A stretch of DNA of 64,000 nt, taken from contig CAVUAK010000001.1 in assembly GCA_963739455.1 (NCBI GenBank), forward strand, positions 768,001 to 832,000, written 5' to 3'. This DNA comes from an uncultured Gemmatimonadales bacterium. GTDB taxonomy: Bacteria > Gemmatimonadota > Gemmatimonadetes > Gemmatimonadales > GWC2-71-9. This document shows positions 41,701 through 50,767 of this stretch, piece after piece. Under the pieces are notes generated by a model. That model was given only the letters and a program-made list of their open reading frames with translations. It was not told the origin of the DNA and searched no databases. The stretch's first letter is position 1. Every line of letters starts with the position of its first letter. A program made the position numbers and the translations under genes.

Positions 41701-42430
41701 CATCCAGCACGATCTTCACCGCTTCCTTCGGATCATCCGTCACATGAAACAGGTTGAGGTCCGTCGCACTGATGTTGCCGGCGGTCACGGCGGTGTTCTT
41801 CAGCCAGTCCACCATCCCCTGCCAGTAGCTCTTGCCGAACAGGATGACGGGGAAGTTGCTCACCTTCCCCGTCTGGATCAGCGTCAGTGCCTCGAACAGC
41901 TCGTCCAGTGTGCCGTACCCGCCCGGGAAAACGATGAAGGCCGTCGAGTACTTCACGAACATCGTCTTCCGCACGAAGAAGAACTTGAAGTAGAGCGCCC
42001 GGTTCGCGAACGCGTTGCCGCGTTGCTCGAATGGCAACTCGATGTTGCAGCCGATGGAGAGCCCTCCCCCCTCCGCCGCACCCTTGTTGCCCGCCTCCAT
42101 GATCCCCGGACCCCCGCCCGTGATCACCGGGATGTGTTGCTCCGCCAGCAGGCGGCTCGTCTCCCGCGTCAGCTCGTAGTACGGCGTCCCTTCCTTGGTG
42201 CGCGCCGACCCGAAGATCGTCACCCCGCCCTGCACGTCAGCCAGGTTGTCGAACCCCCAGATGAACTCTCCCATGATCCGCAGTACCCGCCACGAATCGC
42301 TGACCTGCACCGCCTGTTCCCGCTCCTGGGGCGTCGGGACATGATGCAACAGCTGTTCGTCTTCGGTACCGAGCGGCGTCGCGGAGTTGAGCCGGAATGG
42401 CATCGGGGTGGGGATCGGGCCTTGGGTCAT
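41681..42430 (-). CDS. LOG/TIGR00730 family Rossmann-fold protein
   Basis: FGSAR, TGGGPGIMEA.N.GA, LPFEQ, FFVRK, PGGYGTLDE. Confidence 0.92.
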   Translation of the reverse strand: MTQGPIPTPMPFRLNSATPLGTEDEQLLHHVPTPQEREQAVQVSDSWRVLRIMGEFIWGFDNLADVQGGVTIFGSARTKEGTPYYELTRETSRLLAEQHIPVITGGGPGIMEAGNKGAAEGGGLSIGCNIELPFEQRGNAFANRALYFKFFFVRKTMFVKYSTAFIVFPGGYGTLDELFEALTLIQTGKVSNFPVILFGKSYWQGMVDWLKNTAVTAGNISATDLNLFHVTDDPKEAVKIVLDARARRA

Positions 42431-43575
42431 GGCGACAGGTGCTCCAGGAGTGCGCGATAGTCGTCGGGCACGTTGTAGAAGTACGGTGAAACGCGAACGT
42501 GACCCGGCCGCGCATCGGTGATGATCCCCGCCACCGCCAGGCTGCGTACGTCGCGCGCCGGGTCATCGCTCGGCAGCATCACGATCCCGCTCCGCTCCGC
42601 GGCTGTCGCTGCCACCTTTGGCTTGAAGCCCCGTTCGCGCGCCAGTGCCACCAGGTCTTCGGTCAGGGCGGAGGTTTCCTGCCGCACCGCCGCAATGCCG
42701 ATCTCTTCCAGCAACTCGAGCCCGCCGAGCTGCGCGTATACCGGCATCAGCGCCGGCGTGCCGCTCTCCAGCCGCCGCGCATCGTCGTGCAACTCGAGCA
42801 CGTTCGGATCGAAGCGGAACTGCTCCCGGTGACTGAACCACCCCGCCGCCTGCGGTGACAGTGATGGAAGGAGCTCCGCGCGCGCATACATGAACGCGAT
42901 GCCGGTGCCGCCCAGCAGCCACTTGAGGCCGCCGCTGGCATAGAAGTCCACGTCGAGCGCCGCCACATCCACCGGGATCTGCCCCGCCGCCTGGTATCCG
43001 TCGATCAGCGCCAGCGCCCCGCGCTTGTGCGCAATGTCGGCGATGGCCCCGGCGTCCTGGATGTGCCCGCTGGTGAAGAACACGTGACTCGTCGCCACCA
43101 GCGCCGTGCGATCGTCGATGGCCCGTTCGTACAGCTCCAGCGGCACCTTGATGCCGTCGGGGCTCTGCAGCACGACGACTTCGATACCTTTTGGCACCTT
43201 CGCCAGCCACTGGTACGCAATCGTCGGGAAGTCGAGCGACGTCACCACCACCTTCGGGCGACGGCTGTAGTCCAGCGACTCGGCGATGCTGGTCAGGGCG
43301 CTCGAGATGTTCGGGTGCAGCGCGATGGTTCCCGCCGGTGCTCCCACCACTCGGCCGTACCCTGCCCGCAGGTCGGCCAGCGCCTGCCACCAGGTGTCGT
43401 ACCACGCCGACGCGCCCCGCGTCTCCCACTGGTCCAGGTACGTGTTCACCCGCGCCCGCGACCGCCGCGACAGTGCCCCCAGCGAGCAGCTGTTCAGGTA
43501 CACCGAGTGCCGGAAGATCGGGAACTCTTCGCGATACCGTACGGCGAGTGACGTTGCCAGCGGGCGCACGGTCAT
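42427..43575 (-). CDS. Aminotransferase class V PLP enzyme (kynureninase-like)
   Basis: YLNSCSLG, W..RG..AW...W, DFPT, DGYQAAG, GGLKWLLGG, ESGTP. Confidence 0.85.
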   Translation of the reverse strand: MTVRPLATSLAVRYREEFPIFRHSVYLNSCSLGALSRRSRARVNTYLDQWETRGASAWYDTWWQALADLRAGYGRVVGAPAGTIALHPNISSALTSIAESLDYSRRPKVVVTSLDFPTIAYQWLAKVPKGIEVVVLQSPDGIKVPLELYERAIDDRTALVATSHVFFTSGHIQDAGAIADIAHKRGALALIDGYQAAGQIPVDVAALDVDFYASGGLKWLLGGTGIAFMYARAELLPSLSPQAAGWFSHREQFRFDPNVLELHDDARRLESGTPALMPVYAQLGGLELLEEIGIAAVRQETSALTEDLVALARERGFKPKVAATAAERSGIVMLPSDDPARDVRSLAVAGIITDARPGHVRVSPYFYNVPDDYRALLEHLSP

Positions 43576-43610
43576 AGGGTGCCAAATATACTGCGTTATC
43601 TTGTTTGCTC

Positions 43611-43917
43611 ATGGCCGCCACACAGGGTGCTCCACACGAGGGCTGGGAGGGTCGCTACCCCGGCAGTTGGCCCGCCCTTACCGCCACGCTCGCGCTTCGC
43701 GGCCTGGTCAATCCCCGTCTCGCCATCGACCTGCTGCGGACTGCCTGGGCCTTTCGCCGCCGCCGCTGGCTCACCCGCTTTCCCTTTCTTCCCCTGCCCG
43801 ACGAGACCTATCTCCGCTGGCGCATGTACACCGCCTATGGAGACGAAGCCGCTGTTCCCCCAGCTGAGGACGTCGATCCGTTTCGCCCGTTGGCGCCGGG
43901 AGACGATGCACCTGTAG
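43611..43917 (+). CDS. Small hypothetical protein (apparent frameshift near 43875)
   Basis: RRRWLTRFPFLPLPDETYLRWRMYTAYG; plausible end IRFARWRRETMHL in a shifted frame. Confidence 0.55.
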
Positions 43918-43919
43918 GG

Positions 43920-43946
43920 CCGACTGCCGACTGCCGACTGTCGACT
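43920..43946 (+). repeat. GACTGCC heptamer array before ndh
   Basis: CC GACTGCC GACTGCC GACTGTC GACT. Confidence 0.8.
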
Positions 43947-43958
43947 ATTTTCCAGATC

Positions 43959-45264
43959 ATGGCTAACAAGCTTCCCAACGTGGTAATCGTGGGCGCCGGC
44001 TTCGGCGGCATGTACGCTGCCCGCGAACTGGGCGCGACGCCCGTCTGCGTCACCGTCATCGACCGGCACAACCACCACCTGTTCCAGCCGATGCTCTACC
44101 AGGTGGCCGGCGCCGCCCTCAATCCGTCCGACATCGCCGCGCCGATTCGCAGCACCCTTCGGCGGGAGCCCAACACCGAGGTCATCCTGGCCGACGTCGA
44201 CCGGATCCTGCCGGCGGAGAAGAAGATACTGTTGACCGATGGTAGTAGCATGCAGTACGACTACCTGATTCTGGCTCCGGGAATCATCACGTCCTACTAC
44301 GGCAAGGACGAGGCGTGGGCACCACTCGCCCCGGGGCTCAAGACCCTGGACGACGCCCTCGATATCCGGCAGCGCGTGCTCCTCGCCTTCGAGCAGGCTG
44401 AGCGTGAGGCCGACGCCGCCAGGCGTCACGCGCATCTCACGTTCGTGGTGGTTGGCGGCGGCCCTACCGGCGTCGAGATGGCCGCCACAATCGCCGAGCT
44501 GCGGCGATACACCCTGGCGCGCGATTTCAGGCACATCGATCCGCGTGAGGCGACGGTGATGCTGCTCGAGGGCGGGCCCCGCATCCTGCCCACCTATCCC
44601 GAGGAGTCTCAGCGCCAAGGCCAAGGCCAACCTTCGCGGGCTCGGCGTCGAGGTGCGCGAGAACATGCTGGTGAGCAACATCAAGCCTGGCTACATCGAG
44701 GCCGCCGGTTGGACCATTCCCACGCACACGGTGGTGTGGGCAGCCGGCATGCGCGGCTGCCCGCTGCTCGAATCGCTCGGCACGCCGCTCGACCGCATGG
44801 GCCGCGCGATCGTCGAGCCCGACTGCACCATCCCCGGGTTCCCCGAGGTGTTTGTCATTGGTGATGCGGCGCATTTCGAGGATCCCGCGCAGGGCATTCT
44901 TCCCGGCGTGGCACCCACCGCCATGCAGATGGGGCGCTACGTCGCGCGCACCATTGCGGGAGACTTGAAGGGAAGGCCGCGCGCACCATTCAAGTACTTC
45001 GACAAGGGCCAGCTTGCCGTCATCGGCCGCGGCCAGGCAGTGGCCAGCATCTGGAAGTTCCGCTTCTCCGGGATCATTGCCTGGTTCATCTGGGCCTTCG
45101 TGCACATCGCCTTCCTGATCGGGTTCAGGAATCGCGTGCTCGTCATGCTGCAGTGGGCCTGGTCGTACTTCAACTACGAGCGCGGCGCTCGCCTCATCAC
45201 CGGCACCGAGCCGCCGCCCACCACCAGCGCACCCTCTTCGGCGCGTCGCGAAGTCCGCGGATGA
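43959..45264 (+). CDS. ndh: Type II NADH dehydrogenase (apparent frameshift near 44608)
   Basis: GAGFGG, FQPMLYQVA, GLKTLDDA, GGGPTGVE, WAAG, IGD, YFDKG.LA.IGR. Confidence 0.9.
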
Positions 45265-46208
45265 CCACGCCGCCTGCGCCCGTCGTCTCCACCGACGAGC
45301 TCAAGGCGTACGCCCTCTCACTTGGCTTTGTGGCCTGCGGCATCGCCGATCTCTCCCCTACCCCGCACGGCGACGTTCTCGACCGCTGGCTGGCTGCCGG
45401 ATACGGCGGCGTCATGCGCTACATCAATCGGCAGGCGAAGAAGCGGAAGGACCCCAGTCGGATAGATCACCGTGGCAAGTCAGCTGTTGTTATTATCGAT
45501 AGCTACTACTACACGGAAGACCAAGAACAGCAGCGGTTTAAGATTGCACGCTACGCCCGGGGCGAAGACTACCACCTCGTAACCATGCGCCGCCTCGAGC
45601 TCCTGGCCGACTGGCTCATAGCGCACGGTGCCACCTGGGCCCGACCCTTCGCCGATGCTGGTCCCGTCCCCGAGCGCGAACTCGCCCAGCGCGCCGGCCT
45701 GGGGTGGATCGGCAAGAACACCATGCTGCTCCGGCCAGGCGTTGGCTCCTGGTTCGTAATCGGCAGTGTTATCAATGACTTGGCGCTTCCAGCGGATGCT
45801 CCATTCGAGACTGATCACTGTGGTAGTTGCACTCGCTGCCTCGACGCCTGTCCGACCGGTGCTTTTGTAGAGCCAAGGCTCCTCGACGCCACTCGGTGCC
45901 TGTCCTACCAGACAATCGAGCACCGCGGTCCCATCCCAGCCGACATTGCCTCCCGTATGGAGGGATGGATCTTCGGCTGCGACATCTGCAACGAGGTCTG
46001 CCCCTGGAACCAGCGATTCGCTGAGCCGTCCCAGATCGCCGCGTTCGAGCCCCGGAACGCCGTCGACCTGGACGACCCGGACTGCTTCAACCGGCTCTCC
46101 CCGGAGGATTTCGAGGCCCTGTTCGCCGACACCGCGCTCGCCCGGCCCGGGCTCGAGCGCATGCGCCGGAACACCAGGGCAGCCACCACAGGGGCCTCCC
46201 GCCCATAG
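45261..46208 (+). CDS. queG: tRNA epoxyqueuosine(34) reductase
   Basis: ARYARGEDYH, AGLGWIGKN, CGSCTRCLDACPT, GCDICNEVCPWN. Confidence 0.95.
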   Translation: MTTPPAPVVSTDELKAYALSLGFVACGIADLSPTPHGDVLDRWLAAGYGGVMRYINRQAKKRKDPSRIDHRGKSAVVIIDSYYYTEDQEQQRFKIARYARGEDYHLVTMRRLELLADWLIAHGATWARPFADAGPVPERELAQRAGLGWIGKNTMLLRPGVGSWFVIGSVINDLALPADAPFETDHCGSCTRCLDACPTGAFVEPRLLDATRCLSYQTIEHRGPIPADIASRMEGWIFGCDICNEVCPWNQRFAEPSQIAAFEPRNAVDLDDPDCFNRLSPEDFEALFADTALARPGLERMRRNTRAATTGASRP

Positions 46209-46315
46209 TCCTTCGGTAGCCTTGCGCCCGGCCCCGACGGGCGGCAACCTATCCCTCGTAGTCCAAGCTGGAGTGCAGGTACCTCGCTCGACCCACACGA
46301 ACCCAGGAACAACTT

Positions 46316-46582
46316 ATGGATCCGACCAGCCTTCTCATCCAGGCCATCTCCGGTGCTGCCGGCGGCAACATCGGCGGACTGCTCAACAAGGCACGGTCCT
46401 ACGGACCGCTGGCAAACACTGTGATGGGACTCCTGGGTGGTGTGGGCGGAGGGCAGGCGCTCGGCGGCGTGCTCACGGGGCTGCTCGGCGGCAACGCCAT
46501 GCTCGGAAACGTCGCCGCGTCGTTGATCGGCGGTATCCTGATCCCGCTCATTGCCGGTTTCTTCAAGAAGCCTGCGGCATAG
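46316..46582 (+). CDS. Small Gly-rich membrane protein
   Basis: LIQAISGAAGGN...GLLGGVGGGQ; AGGA SD; terminator follows. Confidence 0.75.
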   Translation: MDPTSLLIQAISGAAGGNIGGLLNKARSYGPLANTVMGLLGGVGGGQALGGVLTGLLGGNAMLGNVAASLIGGILIPLIAGFFKKPAA

Positions 46583-46608
46583 GCCACAGTCGAACGTTTT
46601 CAGCTTGA

Positions 46609-46647
46609 GCAAAGCGCGCCGCCCGGATTCGGGGGGCGCGCTTTTGC
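46609..46647 (+). terminator. Intrinsic terminator
   Basis: AAAGCGCGCC...GGCGCGCTTTT hairpin. Confidence 0.7.
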
Positions 46648-46691
46648 ATGCGGGGCAGGGAACTGGACGCCGCGAGATCGGTATCTGGGGG

Positions 46692-47153
46692 ATGACCCAC
46701 CACCTGCTCCACACCTCGATGCACCTCTCCCTCCCTCGTCCAGCGGTCTTCGCCTTCTTCGCCGACGCCGCCAACCTCGAGGCAATCACTCCTCCTGAAC
46801 TCCACTTCCATATCTCCACTCCACTCCCCATCGCGATGCAGAAGGGCGCGATCATCGACTACCGCCTCCGTCTCCACGGCATTCCCTTCTCCTGGCGCAC
46901 CAGGATCGCTGAGTGGGAGCCGCCCCTCCGGTTTGTGGATGAGCAGGTTCGTGGCCCGTACGCGCTCTGGGAACACACGCACACCTTTACCAACGCGCCC
47001 GATGGCGGCACCATGGTTCAGGACACGGTGCGCTACCAGCTCCCGTTGGGTTCGCTGGGGGCTTTGGCCCTTTCCCTGGTCACCCGCGACTTGGCTCGGA
47101 TTTTCGGGTATAGGGAGGTGAGAGTCCGACAGCTACTGACCACTGCCGACTGA
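46692..47153 (+). CDS. SRPBCC family protein
   Basis: VFAFF...NL..ITPP, FVDEQVRGPY..WEHTH.F, IF.YR. Confidence 0.88.
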   Translation: MTHHLLHTSMHLSLPRPAVFAFFADAANLEAITPPELHFHISTPLPIAMQKGAIIDYRLRLHGIPFSWRTRIAEWEPPLRFVDEQVRGPYALWEHTHTFTNAPDGGTMVQDTVRYQLPLGSLGALALSLVTRDLARIFGYREVRVRQLLTTAD

Positions 47154-47183
47154 CTGACGACAGTCGACTGTCGACTGCCGACT
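47135..47183 (+). repeat. GACTG(C/A/T)C heptamer array over the SRPBCC stop
   Basis: CTGACCA CTGCCGA CTGA CTGACGA CAGTCGA CTGTCGA CTGCCGA. Confidence 0.75.
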
Positions 47184-47282
47184 CGGTTCTCTGTGACGGG
47201 AGTCACCAATGACCATGATCGGGTCGGCAATTGGTGATCTGGCGCACTACGCAAATGCCTTGCCTCAATTAGTGTTAGCCCG

Positions 47283-47391
47283 CCTTCGGCAGCCGCCAAC
47301 TCCGCGCGCGGCAGCCGGATTCGAGGTCGACGCGCAGCAGCGCGGGCTTCGGATCGAAATCTTCAAGGATGCGGACAAGTCGCTGTTAAGG
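47283..47391 (+). promoter_or_regulatory. Candidate structured 5' leader RNA
   Basis: GATTCGAGGTC/GGCTTCGGATC 11-bp stem with 3 G-U pairs plus CGCGC/GCGCG; outer pairing CCTT-C-GGCAGC/GCTGTTAAGG covers the start of the SD. Confidence 0.4.
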
Positions 47392-47402
47392 GAGACAATT
47401 GC

Positions 47403-48296
47403 ATGCGTAAGCTGATGCTGGCAGGCCTTCTCATCATGACGGCTGGTTGCGCCAGCCGGAAGGATCTGGAGAAGGCACAGAGTGAGGCGACTTCTCTCGC
47501 CGCCGAGAAGGACAGTCTGTTGAGCGAAGTCCTCGCAACGAGCAAGCTCGTCAGCGACGTCAACAGCGAGCTCGCCAAGGCCAAGGGCCTGGGTGTGAGT
47601 CCGACCACGACGAGCGAGGGCACCACCGCCTCGAGCGCCGCCGAAGATCGTCAGATCCTGCTCGGCAAGATCCGTGAGGCGGTGGCCCGCCTCAACGAGA
47701 GCGAAGCGCAGCTCGAGCGCACCAAGGCCCGCATCGGCTCGCTGGAGCGCAAGGACGCGCGGCTCCTGAAGCAGATCGACGACTTCCAGAAGCAGATCGC
47801 CGAACTGCGTACCAACATCGAGGCGCAGCAGACCACGATCGAGGAGCAGAAGACCACGATCGTTGCCCAGAAGGTCCAGATCGAGCAGCTCGGCGCGCAG
47901 GTCGAGACGGTCACCGTCAAGAACCGCCAGCTCGCCGACAGTGTCACGCTCGTCAGCAACGAGGCCAACAAGGTGTTCCTGGCCATCGGCACCAAGGACT
48001 CGCTCCGTGACAAGGGTGTCATCGTCCAGGAAGGCAAGAAGTTCCTGGTGTTCGGTGGCAAGCAGACCGTCCCGGCGCGTGAGCTCAACCCGGCCGCGTT
48101 CCAGGTGCTCGATGCCCGCACCGACCGCAGCATCACGCTGCCCGAGGGCAAGAAGTACAAGATCGTGTCCCGTCAGGACCCGAAGCTCCTTCAGCCGGGC
48201 CCGGACGATAAGGGCAAGCTCGTTGGCACCCAGACGATCACGTCTCCCGGCGAGTTCTGGGGTGCGTCCAAGTACCTGATCATCGTCGAAGATTGA
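47403..48296 (+). CDS. Coiled-coil lipoprotein
   Basis: TAGC lipobox, long heptad region, C-terminal IGTKDSL...FWGASKYLIIV domain. Confidence 0.8.
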   Translation: MRKLMLAGLLIMTAGCASRKDLEKAQSEATSLAAEKDSLLSEVLATSKLVSDVNSELAKAKGLGVSPTTTSEGTTASSAAEDRQILLGKIREAVARLNESEAQLERTKARIGSLERKDARLLKQIDDFQKQIAELRTNIEAQQTTIEEQKTTIVAQKVQIEQLGAQVETVTVKNRQLADSVTLVSNEANKVFLAIGTKDSLRDKGVIVQEGKKFLVFGGKQTVPARELNPAAFQVLDARTDRSITLPEGKKYKIVSRQDPKLLQPGPDDKGKLVGTQTITSPGEFWGASKYLIIVED

Positions 48297-48304
48297 TCAA
48301 CTTC

Positions 48305-48910
48305 ATGAACGGCACCGCGCAGGCCCGAAGCTGGGCCTGCGCGGTGTTTTTCTTGTCGGTCATCGTTGCCGCTCCCGCGTGGGCCCAGGCCCCGTCGGTT
48401 GAGCAGCAGGTGGCCGGCGCACTCCTCATCGCGCCCGATTCCATGCGGGCCGGCGCGCGGGTGCTGGGATGGCAGGGCGGGGAACTGGTCGAGATCCGGA
48501 AGGGCACCAACGAACTCACCTGCCTGGCGGACGATCCATCAACAGAGCGTTTCCAGGTGGCGTGCTACCAGCAGTCGCTCGAGCCGTTCATGGCGCGGGG
48601 CAGGGAACTGCATAAGCTGAAACTGTCCCACACGCAGGTGGACAGTGCTCGTCTCGCGGACATCAAGGCGGGCCGGTGGAGCATGCCCTCGAGCCCAGCG
48701 GCGCTCTACAACATGGTGGCGCCGAAGGACAGCATCGATGCGGCCACTGGCCTTCCGCGCGGCAATGGCACCCGCTGGTATGTCGTCTACATGCCGTATG
48801 CGACTGTGGCTTCGTCCGGCTTCTCCACTGCGGCGGATGGTTCGGGAAGGCCGTGGCTCATGAATCCCGGCGAACCGTGGGCGCATCTCATGGTGACGCC
48901 GAAGAGCTGA
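48305..48910 (+). CDS. Secreted hypothetical protein
   Basis: Signal peptide ending AWAQA; KGTNELTCLAD...ACY...PWLM.PG...AHLM; start uncertain. Confidence 0.7.
   Translation: MNGTAQARSWACAVFFLSVIVAAPAWAQAPSVEQQVAGALLIAPDSMRAGARVLGWQGGELVEIRKGTNELTCLADDPSTERFQVACYQQSLEPFMARGRELHKLKLSHTQVDSARLADIKAGRWSMPSSPAALYNMVAPKDSIDAATGLPRGNGTRWYVVYMPYATVASSGFSTAADGSGRPWLMNPGEPWAHLMVTPKS
48313..48351 (+). terminator. Intrinsic terminator overlapping the start of the next ORF
   Basis: 14-bp perfect stem CACCGCGCAGGCCC/GGGCCTGCGCGGTG followed by TTTTT. Confidence 0.75.
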
Positions 48911-48930
48911 GCGAACTACCGGAACAGAGC

Positions 48931-48962
48931 AGGCCCCCACGTCAATCGACTGGGGGCTTTTT
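48931..48962 (+). terminator. Intrinsic terminator
   Basis: AGGCCCCCA...TGGGGGCTTTTT. Confidence 0.65.
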
Positions 48963-49127
48963 CGCAGCCGGGGTTTCACAACGATGCGCTTTGATCCAGT
49001 CCGCGAAGTACCGCACCGAATTCCCGTACACCGTCACGCCGCACAGCCTGCACGTCACCGCATGCGTGTGCCCCTGCGCGGCCTCCGCACTCTCCGGGGC
49101 CACCGGGCGGATATCCGTGTTCTTCAT
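48942..49127 (-). CDS. Putative 61-aa zinc-finger microprotein
   Basis: CRLC-x18-HRC; ATGA overlap with the DoxX stop. Confidence 0.5.
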   Translation of the reverse strand: MKNTDIRPVAPESAEAAQGHTHAVTCRLCGVTVYGNSVRYFADWIKAHRCETPAAKKPPVD

Positions 49128-49696
49128 CGTGGCCATTGGCGCCAGTCCGCGACGATCAATCCCGTCAGCAGCAGCCCGGCTGCGAGCGCGCTCGCCGCAC
49201 TCACCCACGCCACCCGCACCACCCCGAGTCCCACCAGCACCACTCCGGCAATCGCCAGCCACGTGAACTGGGAACTGAACTCCCCCACCGATGGCCCGGC
49301 ATTCTCTCCCGCACCTCCATCGATCAGCGGCAGCAGCTTCGCCCGGTCATGCCACACCAGCACCAGCGTCATCAGCAGGAACACCCCGACAGCGTAGGGT
49401 GTGCCCCGCCAGTGGAGCGCCGTGGTGATCACGATGATGCTCATCAGCATCGGCACCAGCATCAACGCCCCGATCGTCGCGAACCGTCGCGTCAGTAGCA
49501 GCAGGCCGGCGCCCACCTCCGATACCGCGATGAATCGCGCGAAGAGCGCCAGCCCGTGCGGCGCGAGCCGGTACTCCAGGTCGGCTGGTCCCATCGAGTT
49601 CGGAAACCCCGGAATGAGCTTCGCCAGCCCCGAGAACACGAACAGCAGCCCGAGGAACCAGCGCAGACCGACGATCAGGAGTGACGGCTTACCCAT
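49124..49696 (-). CDS. DoxX family membrane protein
   Basis: [30 protein letters not shown]. Confidence 0.8.
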   Translation of the reverse strand: MGKPSLLIVGLRWFLGLLFVFSGLAKLIPGFPNSMGPADLEYRLAPHGLALFARFIAVSEVGAGLLLLTRRFATIGALMLVPMLMSIIVITTALHWRGTPYAVGVFLLMTLVLVWHDRAKLLPLIDGGAGENAGPSVGEFSSQFTWLAIAGVVLVGLGVVRVAWVSAASALAAGLLLTGLIVADWRQWPR

Positions 49697-50084
49697 CGGC
49701 TCTCTTCCGCATCTCCGCCACACGCGCCTTCGCGATCCGCTTCACCAGCGCCAGCGGCGGTGCCTTGTCCAATGGAAACTGGATCGTCCCCTTCGAGGTC
49801 TTGTACTTGTTGATGTCGGCACCGATGGCCCGCCGCGCTCCCGCTGTCAGCGGATAAACCGAGGTGTGGTTCTTCCACGCCGCGTACCAGAGCAGCATCC
49901 GTCCGTTGAGCTTGAAGGACGGAATTCCGTAGCTCACCCCGTGCACCGCCTCCGGCGCAGCGGCACGAATGGCCGCGCCGATCTTCTTCAGGTCCCGTCG
50001 AGCACCTGGCGGCAACGCCGCGAAGTAGGCCCGGAGTCGCACCTTGTCCCGTTGCGCGTCAGCCCCTGGTCTCTTGATGGGCAT
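49689..50084 (-). CDS. DUF1801/YdhG-like protein
   Basis: Y...LP....L..I...IRAAAPEA...[20 protein letters not shown]. Confidence 0.88.
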   Translation of the reverse strand: MPIKRPGADAQRDKVRLRAYFAALPPGARRDLKKIGAAIRAAAPEAVHGVSYGIPSFKLNGRMLLWYAAWKNHTSVYPLTAGARRAIGADINKYKTSKGTIQFPLDKAPPLALVKRIAKARVAEMRKRADG

Positions 50085-50129
50085 GGACTCATTCCTTCCT
50101 CGGCAACACTCCATGGGCTCAGAGGCCGA

Positions 50130-50290
50130 AACTTACACCGTTTATCGGCAAACTATACTATGACATTCTGTGCCAGTAAGTAAATGTATACGTTGACATT
50201 TACAATCCTAATGTAATAGTATAATATGACTTACAGTTGCCGTAGCCGCCTGCCTCATCGGCAGTTAAACTACTGGAGAATATGACGTTA
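50130..50290. promoter_or_regulatory. AT-rich divergent promoter region
   Basis: TTGACA at 50193 with TAGTAT (spacer 18) and TATAAT (spacer 21); TTACA-N7-TGTAA inverted repeat. Confidence 0.55.
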
Positions 50291-50298
50291 TGCCTGTC

Positions 50299-50757
50299 AT
50301 GTCAAAGCTCGCACTTCGCCAGCTCGATCAAATCTACGATCGAATCAGGAAGCTCGACATATCTCCCCCCCGTACAGGATGGCTCCGCTCCATGCGGGGC
50401 GCCCTGGGCATGTCCATGCACCAGCTTGGCAACCGGATGGGATTGCCCCGTCAGACCGTCGACGCCCTCGAAAAGCGTGAGGCCAATGGCACCGTGACGC
50501 TCAACACCCTGCGCCAAGCCGCCAATGCCCTCGACGCCGACCTGGTCTACGCCATCGTGCCTCGGCAATCACTCTCTCGTACAATCGAGGCGCAAGCCCG
50601 CCGGAAGGCTCTCGCCGAGCTGCGGCGAATTGCTCACACCATGCACCTGGAAGATCAGGCAGTCGGCGAAAGGGAAGCAGCCCTTCAATTGAAGGAAAGA
50701 ACGAACGAGCTGCTGCAGACACGGCCACGCTCGCTGTGGGACGCCGAACAGGAATGA
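50299..50757 (+). CDS. Mobile mystery protein A (Xre-HTH)
   Basis: GWLRSMRGALGMS..QLG.RMG, E..G.VTL.TL..AA.AL, HTM.LEDQ. Confidence 0.88.
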   Translation: MSKLALRQLDQIYDRIRKLDISPPRTGWLRSMRGALGMSMHQLGNRMGLPRQTVDALEKREANGTVTLNTLRQAANALDADLVYAIVPRQSLSRTIEAQARRKALAELRRIAHTMHLEDQAVGEREAALQLKERTNELLQTRPRSLWDAEQE

Positions 50758-50767
50758 GCCGGCTCGC

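Noticed and set aside
43605..44864. Fusion of a hypothetical domain to NDH-2
   Set aside because: The join runs through a heptamer array and an apparent indel; a separate stop (43917) and start (43959) exist.
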